Shown here: piece by piece, positions 1-8,195 of the stretch | How positions within the stretch are numbered: position 1 is the stretch's first letter | How the letters are laid out: each line of letters opens with the position of its first letter | NCBI GenBank assembly: GCA_047285305.1 | Contig: JBJBDL010000003.1 | Location: forward strand, 128,001 to 192,000 | DNA length: 64,000 nt | Direction of reading: 5' to 3' | Origin: Synechococcus sp. | GTDB lineage: Bacteria > Cyanobacteriota > Cyanobacteriia > PCC-6307 > Cyanobiaceae | Translations under genes and position numbers: made by a program | The notes under the pieces: model-generated | Database searches by the model: none | What the model was told of the DNA's origin: nothing | Seen by the model: the letters and a program-made list of their open reading frames with translations, nothing else

Positions 1-2
1 TC

Positions 3-932
3 CTGCTTGGCCAGTTTGATTGGAGGAGCGGCATCGCGCCGCAGGTCAGCGACGGCAGCAGCCATGACGAGCACATCGGATCCGGGCTGAGCCAACTGCA
101 GAGCGGAACCGAGTTCGGCGGCACTCTGCACCGCAGTGCACTGCAGGCCTTCAAGCCAGGCGTAGGGGAGCTCCAATGGACCATGCACCAGATGAACGGT
201 GGCACCCCGGAAGCGTGCCGCCTGCGCCAGCAACACACCCATGCGGCCGCTGCTGCGGTTGCTCAGGAAACGGGCCGGATCAATCGACTCTTGGGTCGGT
301 CCAGCCGAAACAAGAACAGATATCCCCGAGCAATCAAGGGTTACGTCAGGAGTGCCCGAACCGCGGCTGAAAACAGACGCAGCCGCCAACTCAATCAACA
401 GCGGATCGGCCATACGCCCATCGCCGACGCGATCACAGGCCAAAAGACCGGACGCCGGCACGAGGGGGATCACCCCAGGAAAGGATTGAATCTGCTGCCA
501 GTTGCGTTGCACCGCAGGGTGGCGCCACATAGCCGTGTTCATCGCTGGAGCCGCGATGACCGGAGCTTCCATGGCCAGAAGAACGCTGGAAAGCAGACCG
601 TCGGCTGACCCTTGGCTCCAGCGGGCCAGGCTGCTGGCACTCAGGGGCGCAACGATGGCCAACTCCGCCCACTCCGCCAACTCGATGTGCAACGGCCTGG
701 ATGAGGCGGAGTCCCACTGGTCGGCCTCGAGATAGCAGCGATGGCGACTGAGGCTGGCGAGCGCCACGGAACTCACCAAGGCAGCACCACTGGTGGTCAC
801 AAGACAGCGCACCTCAGCGCCGGCTTTGATCAGCGCGCTGACGAGCAAGGGCGTCTTAACAGCCGCAATGCTGCCGCTGACGGCAACCAGCACGCGCCGC
901 CCGCACAGTGGCGATGCCTGCTCAGTCTTCAT
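3..932 (-). CDS. coaBC: Bifunctional phosphopantothenoylcysteine decarboxylase/ligase (5' part; runs off the window)
   Basis: Translated by hand from ATG 932: MKTEQASPLCGRRVLVAVSGSIAAVK...APAMNTAMW...LACDRVGDGRM...AGPTQESIDPARFLSNRSSGRMG. Not in the ORF track because no stop lies inside the window. Confidence 0.93.
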   Translation of the reverse strand, partial: MKTEQASPLCGRRVLVAVSGSIAAVKTPLLVSALIKAGAEVRCLVTTSGAALVSSVALASLSRHRCYLEADQWDSASSRPLHIELAEWAELAIVAPLSASSLARWSQGSADGLLSSVLLAMEAPVIAAPAMNTAMWRHPAVQRNWQQIQSFPGVIPLVPASGLLACDRVGDGRMADPLLIELAAASVFSRGSGTPDVTLDCSGISVLVSAGPTQESIDPARFLSNRSSGRMGVLLAQAARFRGATVHLVHGPLELPYAWLEGLQCTAVQSAAELGSALQLAQPGSDVLVMAAAVADLRRDAAPPIKLAKQ

Positions 933-1143
933 CAAAAGGTTCTTGATCCACCAAATGGTGGTACGGAAGGATCAGTTCGGGCCGGTGGATGGCCAGCGCC
1001 CGAAGAAGGTGCCAATCCGAAAGGCTGTCGAAAGGGGAGGGGTAATCGTCCTCTTCAAGCCGGCGGGCGAGTTCGGCCGTCGAGGCCTCGTCAAAAGCTT
1101 CGAGCCGTTCCTGCGTAAGCATCGAGCCGTCCTCAGACGCCAT
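922..1143 (-). CDS. Conserved cyanobacterial small protein (DUF2555-like)
   Basis: LARRLEEDDY..PFD.L.DWHLLRA.A motif; overlaps the coaBC start. Confidence 0.8.
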   Translation of the reverse strand: MASEDGSMLTQERLEAFDEASTAELARRLEEDDYPSPFDSLSDWHLLRALAIHRPELILPYHHLVDQEPFDED

Positions 1144-1188
1144 TAATGGCAGTTTGACGCAGGCCGTGCCGGCTAGCGTTGGCTACCC

Positions 1189-1264
1189 GGGGAATTAGCT
1201 CAGTTGGTAGAGCGCTGCGATCGCACCGCAGAGGTCAGGGGTTCGAATCCCCTATTCTCCACCA
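1189..1264 (+). tRNA. trnA: tRNA-Ala(CGC), CCA end encoded
   Basis: GGGGAATTAGCTCAGTTGGTAGAGCG; anticodon arm CTGCG-AT CGC AC-CGCAG; GGTTCGAATCC T-arm; ends TTCTCCACCA. Confidence 0.97.
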
Positions 1265-1269
1265 CTCTT

Positions 1270-1407
1270 TTGCAGCGTCGCCTGCCACAGATCGGCCTGT
1301 TTGCACTTGTGGTGTTCAGCACCGTGGCACGACCTTCAGCATTGCTCACCTTCACACTCCTGGCTGCAGCCGGTGCGATAAGTCGCGCCCCATCACGCCG
1401 CAACTGA
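1270..1407 (+). CDS. Possible small hydrophobic protein (45 aa, TTG start)
   Basis: MQRRLPQIGLFALVVFSTVARPSALLTFTLLAAAGAISRAPSRRN fills the gap after the tRNA; no RBS seen. Confidence 0.3.
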   Translation: MQRRLPQIGLFALVVFSTVARPSALLTFTLLAAAGAISRAPSRRN

Positions 1408-1449
1408 CCCCCCATGAGGTAAAAGAGGTGTTGAACTTCCCCGTAGCCG

Positions 1450-1650
1450 ATGTCGCAATCGAAGCGCGAGCAGGTCGTGAGCCACCTGCGCTACATCCGC
1501 CAAGAGCTGCGCGAGATGCACCAAGGAGTTATGGAAGATGGCCTTCTTCCCGAAGCAGGCGAAGTTCGGGGTGTGATGGCACAAATGGAAGCTCTGCTGG
1601 AGCTTCTCGAGGGCAAAGCGTCCAGAAAAGCGAAGGCTGAGTCCAAATAA
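1450..1650 (+). CDS. Conserved hypothetical protein (66 aa, helical)
   Basis: MSQSKREQVVSHLRYIRQELREMHQGV... with protein-like composition; a terminator follows. Confidence 0.8.
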   Translation: MSQSKREQVVSHLRYIRQELREMHQGVMEDGLLPEAGEVRGVMAQMEALLELLEGKASRKAKAESK

Positions 1651-1716
1651 CTTTCAGCGCAAGCCGTTGTCAAAGCCCTGAGCTCTGGCTTTGCTGCGCC
1701 AATCCCCATCACCAGG

Positions 1717-1738
1717 CCCGGGCTTGCCCGGGTTTTTT
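1717..1738 (+). terminator. Rho-independent terminator
   Basis: CCCGGG-CTTG-CCCGGG followed by TTTTTT. Confidence 0.85.
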
Positions 1739-1872
1739 ATTGAAATCTCCTATCCGTAGTGTCTGATGCCTGCAGATTGCCCAGGGGTGGTGTAAACAAT
1801 GGATGGCAGGGGTATGGCTGGGTGATGGGGATCACTGGTTACGACCCTGCCTCTTCCCCTGAAATCAGTGCC

Positions 1873-2205
1873 GTGCAACGGCTTCAATCCACCCGGCTGC
1901 ATACCAACGTTGGAGCAGCACTTCAAAGGCTGGATCGATGGGCGCGCAATCCTTGGCGGCGATTCTCCTTACTGGCCCTCGCCGGACTCATTGGCTTTTT
2001 GATCGGTAGCGCCATCACATCAGTCGCAGGCGTTCTAGGGCAGATGGACCCCGTGGCTGCGCTTGTGGTGGTTCTTGGCACTGAACTCACGATTCGGCGC
2101 CGACGCAGCTCCGAACCATCACTAAAGCTGCCCCAACAGCTCCTGGATCTTGGTCGTATTGGCTTTCTCTACGGCCTCTTTCTCGAAGGGTTCAAGCTGA
2201 TCTGA
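1873..2205 (+). CDS. Ycf20/DUF565 family membrane protein
   Basis: LQSTRL...W..NPWRR.SL...G..YGLFLEGFKL; GTG 1873 chosen as start. Confidence 0.8.
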   Translation: MQRLQSTRLHTNVGAALQRLDRWARNPWRRFSLLALAGLIGFLIGSAITSVAGVLGQMDPVAALVVVLGTELTIRRRRSSEPSLKLPQQLLDLGRIGFLYGLFLEGFKLI

Positions 2206-2277
2206 AGCAGAACCGTTCATCAAAACAGCCAACCAAGATTGCGATTCATACCTAGGGGAGAGTCTGATGGGCTGCAA

Positions 2278-2759
2278 ATGGCGAGCAACCATTACTTTCT
2301 GGAGCTTGAACCCCCAGCGGAGCGGTTACTTCATTCGCCGCATATGGTCATCGTCGGTGGCGGCTTTGCAGAGGTGCACGCCAGTGCAGTCGCCGACCTG
2401 CATGGCTTCAAATTTTTCTTACGCTTGGGCCCGCCGCTGTAGGCCATCGTTCACCTGGCCTTGATCCCCAACCGAGAGAACCGGATCACCTTGAGCATCA
2501 AATGGCTGTAGCCCTAGCGACCCGGCAACGGGCCTCGATTCTGCTAACCGGAATGCCCAGCCAGCATCTGGCGCTTGATACTGAGGATGCCCACTTCCCG
2601 ATGGCAAGCGGCAAAGATCCCTCCATCGCCGAACCCGATGTCGCCCTCCAGGCTGCGATGGATTACTACGCCCATCAACACAGTGGCCTCACCCACACTC
2701 AGGAGCTGCTCGACAGCAAGGAAGCCTCAGTTGCGGATTCGGAAGCTGCCATCAAATAG
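2278..2759 (+). pseudogene. Type-2 NADH dehydrogenase (NDH-2/Ndb) pseudogene with a large internal deletion
   Basis: N-terminal HMVIVGGGFAE (degenerate GxGxxG) is joined at about 2382 to a C-terminal segment SAVADLHGFKF...L*AIVHLALIPNRENRITLSIKWL. In-frame TAG at 2440-2442; frameshift near 2510. Confidence 0.8.
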
Positions 2760-3748
2760 AGCAAGGCCATCCGGGTAGGCACGCCATTCCTGACCTGCTC
2801 TTCCACAAGGCTGACTTGCGGGTCATCCAGAAGCGAGCCACTCAATTCGACGCCGCGATTGACCGGGCCGGGATGCAGTACGGGAACGTTCTCCCCGCAG
2901 AGCTGCATGCGCTCATGGCTCAGCCCGAAGTCACGGTGATAGCGCTCCAGGCTGGTGAGCAACTGCTGGCCCATCCGTTCCTTCTGAAGCCGTAGGGTCA
3001 TCACGGCATCGGCGCCAGGGAGCGCATGCTCCAGGCGCCGCACCACGCTGACCTTGCCCCGTTGCGGTACCGGATCCTTAAGCAGACCCGGGGGCGGAGC
3101 ATCCACGAAGGCCGAAAAATCCTTGGGGACAAGGCTGGGAGGACCGCACAACACCACATCCGCGCCGCAGGCCGTCAAAGCCCAGAGATTGGAACGGGCC
3201 ACCCGCGAGTGAAGGATGTCTCCAACAATCACAATCCGGCGTCCTTGCAGCGCTTCCGGCATGGGGTATTGGGGCGAGAAATGCCGGGCAAGAGTGAGCA
3301 GATCCAGCAGTCCCTGACTGGGATGACTGTGAAGTCCATCGCCCCCATTGAGCACCACGGTGCGCTCACCCATTTGCTGCAGATCCAGCGCCAGTTGCTG
3401 CGGCACACCGGTGGAACGGTGGCGCACCACCAGAACGTCGGCGCCCATGGCCACGTAGGTGCGCGCTGTGTCGAGAACGCTTTCCCCTTTGCTGAGTGAG
3501 CTGCTGGAAGGTGAAAAGCTCATCACGTCTGCCGACAGACGCTTGGCCGCCAACTCAAAACTGCTGCGGGTTCGGGTGCTGGGCTCGAAGAACAGCGTTG
3601 CCACCAGACGGCCCTGCAAGGCGGGCAGTTTTCGGGCACCAGTGATAGGCAGCGAACGAAACCGCTGGGCCAGCTCAAGCACGGCAGCAAAGTCTTCCCG
3701 CGAAAAGGATGCGAGATCAAGCACGTGTCGATGCGGCCAGTCACTCAT
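2699..3748 (-). CDS. pyrB: Aspartate carbamoyltransferase catalytic subunit
   Basis: [20 protein letters not shown] and [10 protein letters not shown] motifs; ATG 3748 overlaps the mpg stop. Confidence 0.97.
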   Translation of the reverse strand: MSDWPHRHVLDLASFSREDFAAVLELAQRFRSLPITGARKLPALQGRLVATLFFEPSTRTRSSFELAAKRLSADVMSFSPSSSSLSKGESVLDTARTYVAMGADVLVVRHRSTGVPQQLALDLQQMGERTVVLNGGDGLHSHPSQGLLDLLTLARHFSPQYPMPEALQGRRIVIVGDILHSRVARSNLWALTACGADVVLCGPPSLVPKDFSAFVDAPPPGLLKDPVPQRGKVSVVRRLEHALPGADAVMTLRLQKERMGQQLLTSLERYHRDFGLSHERMQLCGENVPVLHPGPVNRGVELSGSLLDDPQVSLVEEQVRNGVPTRMALLYLMAASESATEASLLSSSS

Positions 3749-4386
3749 GACGACGACTCCAGCGATGGCGACCAGCACTGTGACTGAGGCGGCATGCGAT
3801 CACCCCGAGCTCGCCTGCTGACACTGCGACTGCTCCGCAGGTACCAGCGCCATGGTGTTGCAGCGCCCTGGGAGATGCCGATCCGGGTGGTTGTCACAAG
3901 ATCCTGGCTGGCAAATGTGTCTGACCTTGGGGCCATCCACACGTCATGTTCGCCCGTCACCGGACGGCTGTCATCACGGCGATCAAGCCCAAAACGACGT
4001 GCCAGCAGGCCTGGCCCTGCCGCAATCCGCTCCGGTTCATCGGGAAGTGCCACGGCACGCAGCAACACGCCGTTGGCCCAATCGGCACGATCGGTGACCA
4101 CGTTCACGCAGTGGTGGATGCCGTAGCTGACATACACATAAAAACGCCCTGGCTCACCGAACAGGGTTTCGTTTTGCGGTGAACGGCGGCGGTAACCGTG
4201 ACAAGCGGGATCGTCCTGGGAATAGGCCTCGGTTTCAACGATCACGCCCCAGAGCAGGCTGCCGTTGTCTTGGCGTTTCACCAACCTGCAGCCCACCAAT
4301 TCGGGGCCCACGATCTGAGCCGGACGGGCAAAAAAATTGAGCGGAAGCAAAACGAAATCGATGACAGGCTGCCGGCTGGCGGCCAC
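3745..4386 (-). CDS. mpg: DNA-3-methyladenine glycosylase (MPG/AAG family)
   Basis: [28 protein letters not shown] and RIGIS motifs; start uncertain (GTG 4386). Confidence 0.92.
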   Translation of the reverse strand: MAASRQPVIDFVLLPLNFFARPAQIVGPELVGCRLVKRQDNGSLLWGVIVETEAYSQDDPACHGYRRRSPQNETLFGEPGRFYVYVSYGIHHCVNVVTDRADWANGVLLRAVALPDEPERIAAGPGLLARRFGLDRRDDSRPVTGEHDVWMAPRSDTFASQDLVTTTRIGISQGAATPWRWYLRSSRSVSRRARGDRMPPQSQCWSPSLESSS

Positions 4387-4405
4387 GCTTGTTTCAGCTT
4401 GAACG

Positions 4406-5173
4406 TTGCAGGCTGTGGACAGCAACCTCCAGGCACGGCGTGATGGGGTGTTTCTGGTGCTGGCGGGTTTGTTCCTCGGGACCCTTGGCATGCTCAACAT
4501 CCTGGGCCTGACGCGCTTCCTTCAACTGGGCAGCATCGGCGGCTGGCCGATCGTGGTGGCCGTTGGCGCACTGCCTTACCCGATCACGTTCCTCTGCACT
4601 GATCTGATCAGCGAACTCTGGGGAGAACAGAAAGCCAATCAAGTGGTGTGGGTCGGGCTGCTGCTCAACGGCTGGGTGCTGCTGATCCTCTGGCTGGGGG
4701 GCGTTCTGCCGGGCATGAGCGGCAGCGATGACAGCACCTTTCACACCATTCAGCAGCTCAGCTTCGGTTCGGTTGGCGCCTCGATGGTGGCTTACCTCAC
4801 GGCGCAGTTCGTGGACGTGCGGCTGTTCCATTTCTGGAAACAGCTCACCAAAGGCAAAGCGCTCTGGCTGCGCAACAACGGCTCCACCCTGGTGAGCCAG
4901 TTGGTGGACACCAGCGCGGTGGTGCTGATCAGCCATTACGGCGCCCATGTGCTGCCTGTACAGCCGGAACGATCCGTGTTGCCCCAGCTGATCAGCTTCA
5001 TTGGCAGCGGGTACCTGTTCAAAGTGCTGGCAGCGTTGACCGACACGCTTCCCTTCATCTGGCTCACAGGATGGCTGAGGGAGTGGCTGGACATTCCTGA
5101 AGAAGAAGGCGAACTCACAACAGAAGCCACGTCATCGATGCATAAAGGGCGCATCCACTCCAAAATGAGATGA
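4406..5173 (+). CDS. Queuosine precursor transporter (YhhQ/Vut_1 family)
   Basis: [29 protein letters not shown] and [17 protein letters not shown] motifs. Confidence 0.88.
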   Translation: MQAVDSNLQARRDGVFLVLAGLFLGTLGMLNILGLTRFLQLGSIGGWPIVVAVGALPYPITFLCTDLISELWGEQKANQVVWVGLLLNGWVLLILWLGGVLPGMSGSDDSTFHTIQQLSFGSVGASMVAYLTAQFVDVRLFHFWKQLTKGKALWLRNNGSTLVSQLVDTSAVVLISHYGAHVLPVQPERSVLPQLISFIGSGYLFKVLAALTDTLPFIWLTGWLREWLDIPEEEGELTTEATSSMHKGRIHSKMR

Positions 5174-5187
5174 GTTCAGGCCAGGTG

Positions 5188-5331
5188 ATGGACGCAGCCA
5201 CCCCCAGCTTCAACCTCGGCACTGTTCTTCTCGCCAGCATTGTGCTGTTCCCCTTGGCCTGCCTGTTCTTCGGAACCCGCGGCGGCTACTACAACACCGA
5301 TCAGTACGACGGCAACGGCACCGCCCACTGA
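5188..5331 (+). CDS. ndhP: NDH-1L complex small subunit NdhP (47 aa)
   Basis: Translated by hand: MDAATPSFNLGTVLLASIVLFPLACLFFGTRGGYYNTDQYDGNGTAH. One TM helix plus the FFGTR.G.Y.TD.Y.GNG.AH tail. Confidence 0.9.
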   Translation: MDAATPSFNLGTVLLASIVLFPLACLFFGTRGGYYNTDQYDGNGTAH

Positions 5332-5374
5332 TCGGCTGGAGTTGAGCGATCATCAGGTCACTGGTTCAGCCTGA

Positions 5375-6163
5375 ATGACCGCTGCAACACCCGGTCCTGT
5401 CGACAGCACGGACTCCATTCGCCTCGCCCTGCGCAGTTGGCCTGAAGTGGAGAGCTATCTCCAAGGCTGCAAGGGGGTGATCATTCCCCTGGGATCCACC
5501 GAGCAGCACGGCCCCACAGGCGCCATCGGCACCGACGCTCTCACCGCAGAGGCGGTGGCCCTTGAGGTGGGTCGTCGCACAGGTGTTTTGGTCACCCCAG
5601 CTCAAGCCTTCGGCATGGCGGAACACCACCTTGGTTTCGCGGGAACGATGAGCCTGCAGCCGGCAACGCTTCTGGCGGTTCTGCACGACCTGGTGTTGTC
5701 CCTGGGCCGGCATGGCTTCGAACGGGTGTTCGTGATCAATGGCCACGGCGGCAACATTGCAACGGCCAAAGCCGCCTTTGCCCAGGCCCACGGCACCGCC
5801 ACCACCCGCAATCTCCCCGTTGCCCCGCAGCTGCGTTGTCGGCTGGCCAACTGGTTCATGGCCGGCCCCGTGATGCGCCAGGCGCGCGATCTGTATGGCG
5901 ACAAAGAAGGCCATCACGCCACGCCCAGCGAAATCGCTGTCACCCTCGCGGTGGAGCCGAGCCTGCAGAGCAAGCAGCGACCGCTGCCCGACCCTGCGCC
6001 GGCAGGCCCCATTCATGGACCGGACGACTTCCGGCGCCGTCACCCCGATGGACGCATGGGGTCCCATCCCTCCTTGGCTACCGCCCAGCATGGTGACGCC
6101 TTGCTGGAGACAGCCGCCACCGCGTTGAGCGAGGATCTGCACACGTTCCTCGGCGAGTCATGA
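5375..6163 (+). CDS. Creatininase family amidohydrolase
   Basis: [10 protein letters not shown]...GTD, INGHGGN and HA...E motifs. Confidence 0.9.
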   Translation: MTAATPGPVDSTDSIRLALRSWPEVESYLQGCKGVIIPLGSTEQHGPTGAIGTDALTAEAVALEVGRRTGVLVTPAQAFGMAEHHLGFAGTMSLQPATLLAVLHDLVLSLGRHGFERVFVINGHGGNIATAKAAFAQAHGTATTRNLPVAPQLRCRLANWFMAGPVMRQARDLYGDKEGHHATPSEIAVTLAVEPSLQSKQRPLPDPAPAGPIHGPDDFRRRHPDGRMGSHPSLATAQHGDALLETAATALSEDLHTFLGES

Positions 6164-6453
6164 GCCAGATTTCCAGCGACGACGTCCGCAAGGTGGCCCA
6201 GCTCGCCCGCCTTGATCTGCCCGAGAACAAGATTGCGACCTACACCGGTCAGCTTGAGTCCATCCTCGAGTACGTGGGTCAGCTCCAGCAGGTGAACACT
6301 GAAGGGGTTCCGGAAACCACTCGAGCCGTGGAGGTGACCAACGTCACCCGGGCCGATGGCGTGCAGCCGACCCCCGTTCGGGAAGACATCCTGAACCAGG
6401 CACCCCAGAGAGAGGGTGACTTCTTCCGGGTTCCGAAAATTCTGGCCGACTGA
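6160..6453 (+). CDS. gatC: Asp/Glu-tRNA amidotransferase subunit C
   Basis: [10 protein letters not shown]...NVTRAD...AP....FFRVPKI. Confidence 0.96.
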   Translation: MSQISSDDVRKVAQLARLDLPENKIATYTGQLESILEYVGQLQQVNTEGVPETTRAVEVTNVTRADGVQPTPVREDILNQAPQREGDFFRVPKILAD

Positions 6454-6460
6454 ACCCAGA

Positions 6461-7492
6461 TCAGCGGGACAGAGAACGCTTGGGCTCGGTTTTGATCGCG
6501 ATGCGGTCAACAAAACCGAGCCAGTGGCGACGCAACCCCCGTCCGGGCATGAAACGGGCTGCACGCCTCATCTTTCCGCTGCGGCGCTTGTGGCTGCGCA
6601 CTCCCACAAGTATGTCGTAGAGGAAGTTGTAGCCATCCTGGCGGGTCTCAAAAATGCCCAGCCTTTGGGGAGATCCCTTGGAGTCGAGCAGAGGCTTGGT
6701 GGCCTCATAGGCCGGTTTGTATTCGAACCAGGGAATGGATGGCCAGAGGTGATGAACCAGGTGATAGTTCTGCCCCATGATCAGCCAGTTCATCAGCCTG
6801 CCTGGATAGATCCGGGCGTTCGTCCAGCGGTTGCGGGAGGTGAAGGGCCGATGCGGGAGGTAGTCGAAGAACAACCCCAGAGTCACGCCCACCATCAGGG
6901 CAGGAGCAAACCAGCAATTGAAGATGAAAGGCAGGAAATCAAAGCGTGCCGCCGCCAGCACGATCACCATAAAAATGGTGCGCTCGAGCCCCCACTGCAT
7001 CAACTCCCAGCGTCGCCAGAGGCGACGCTGAAAGAAAAACCACTCGTGATAAAAAAACCTCGGGGCGATCAGCCAGAGCGGCCCGAACGTGCTGACGATG
7101 TGGTCTGGGTCGTTCTTCGGGTCATTTACATGGGCGTGATGCTCAAGATGCACCCTCGTGAACACGGGAAAGCTGAACCCGAGCAACAGCGCCGAGCCAT
7201 GGCCCATGGCCTGATTGATCCATCGATTGGGATGGGCTGCGTTGTGGCAGGCGTCATGAATCACCGTCCCTTCCAGATGTAGCGCCAGAAAGCCCGTGCA
7301 CAGCAGCACCGGCAGGGGCAAGGCCGCCACAAACCAGCCCCAGATGGTCAGAGCCGCCAGGGCATAACCGCCAAGGAAGAGCCCGACGGTGGGGTTCCAG
7401 AAGGCCGGCGGGTCAACGAATTCGCGCGGAACCGAGCGATAGCCCACTCCAACCGGACGAGGCTGCTTTTGTTGAGCAGTGCTCTGGTGCAT
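6461..7492 (-). CDS. crtR: Beta-carotene hydroxylase (fatty-acid-desaturase superfamily)
   Basis: His boxes HDACH, HLEHH and HLVHH; FFDYLPHRPF; ATG 7492. Confidence 0.93.
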   Translation of the reverse strand: MHQSTAQQKQPRPVGVGYRSVPREFVDPPAFWNPTVGLFLGGYALAALTIWGWFVAALPLPVLLCTGFLALHLEGTVIHDACHNAAHPNRWINQAMGHGSALLLGFSFPVFTRVHLEHHAHVNDPKNDPDHIVSTFGPLWLIAPRFFYHEWFFFQRRLWRRWELMQWGLERTIFMVIVLAAARFDFLPFIFNCWFAPALMVGVTLGLFFDYLPHRPFTSRNRWTNARIYPGRLMNWLIMGQNYHLVHHLWPSIPWFEYKPAYEATKPLLDSKGSPQRLGIFETRQDGYNFLYDILVGVRSHKRRSGKMRRAARFMPGRGLRRHWLGFVDRIAIKTEPKRSLSR

Positions 7493-7546
7493 CCGGAGGT
7501 CAGGCAACAAGTCTGTAACGATCCCGAACCAAGGTAGGGAAAGGAA

Positions 7547-7628
7547 TGCCCACCGGGGGACTTGAACCCCCACGACCAAAGCCACTGGTACCTAAAACCA
7601 GCGCGTCTACCAATTCCGCCAGGTGGGC
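7547..7628 (-). tRNA. trnL: tRNA-Leu(TAG)
   Basis: Reverse complement GCCCACCTGGCGGAATTGGTAGACGCG-CTGGT TT TAG GT ACCAG, long variable arm, GGTTCAAGTCC...GTGGGCA. Confidence 0.96.
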
Positions 7629-7682
7629 AATGCTCCGACTCTAAAGATCGCACCAGAATGGAAGCAGACCGTCACACCATGG

Positions 7683-8168
7683 ATGCTTGCAACCCTCAGC
7701 GGCGATCTCTGCCTTCTGCTCGGCCTGGCACTCCTGCTGCTTCCCCTTCTGGCCGTTGAACTCAGTCGTCCCCGCGATGGTGTTTGGGGCGCGGTGGTCT
7801 TGCTGCTGGGTCTCGTTCTGGTCACCAGCACAGACCGTCTGCGGGGAGCGCCGATGCTGGCGGTTCTCTGCGCCGGCCTGTTGATCGCACGCTTGGGATC
7901 CGAGGTCGGACAGGCCCGCTGGAACTGCCTCAGCGAAACCGAGCAGCAGCGGTTCAACTCACTTGATCATTGGCTCACCAGCCTTCAACAACTTTTGATC
8001 ACCACTGGCCGAGTGGGCGAAGGCATCAGCGGGATCGCCAAACAACTCAAACCGGCCGGGAAATCAGGGGTTACGGGCAAAAAATGGGTGCGTCCCGAGC
8101 CTCCTGGAACCACTGACGCAAGCGACACCGAAGCAGCCGAGGTCACATCTCCAGAGGGCGAAGACTGA
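7683..8168 (+). CDS. Ycf66-like membrane protein
   Basis: ELSRPRD..W motif between hydrophobic helices; D.RL motif; ATG 7683. Confidence 0.7.
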   Translation: MLATLSGDLCLLLGLALLLLPLLAVELSRPRDGVWGAVVLLLGLVLVTSTDRLRGAPMLAVLCAGLLIARLGSEVGQARWNCLSETEQQRFNSLDHWLTSLQQLLITTGRVGEGISGIAKQLKPAGKSGVTGKKWVRPEPPGTTDASDTEAAEVTSPEGED

Positions 8169-8195
8169 TAATCCCGAGGCCAGAGCAGGGACCCC

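Noticed and set aside
1701..1714. AATCCCCATCACCA as a degenerate attR copy of the tRNA-Ala 3' end
   Set aside because: The match to AATCCCCTATTCTCCACCA needs a gap and mismatches, which is too weak.
7512..7529. RpaB HLR1-like site upstream of crtR (minus strand GTTCGGGA-TC-GTTACAGA)
   Set aside because: Only one half-site matches well.
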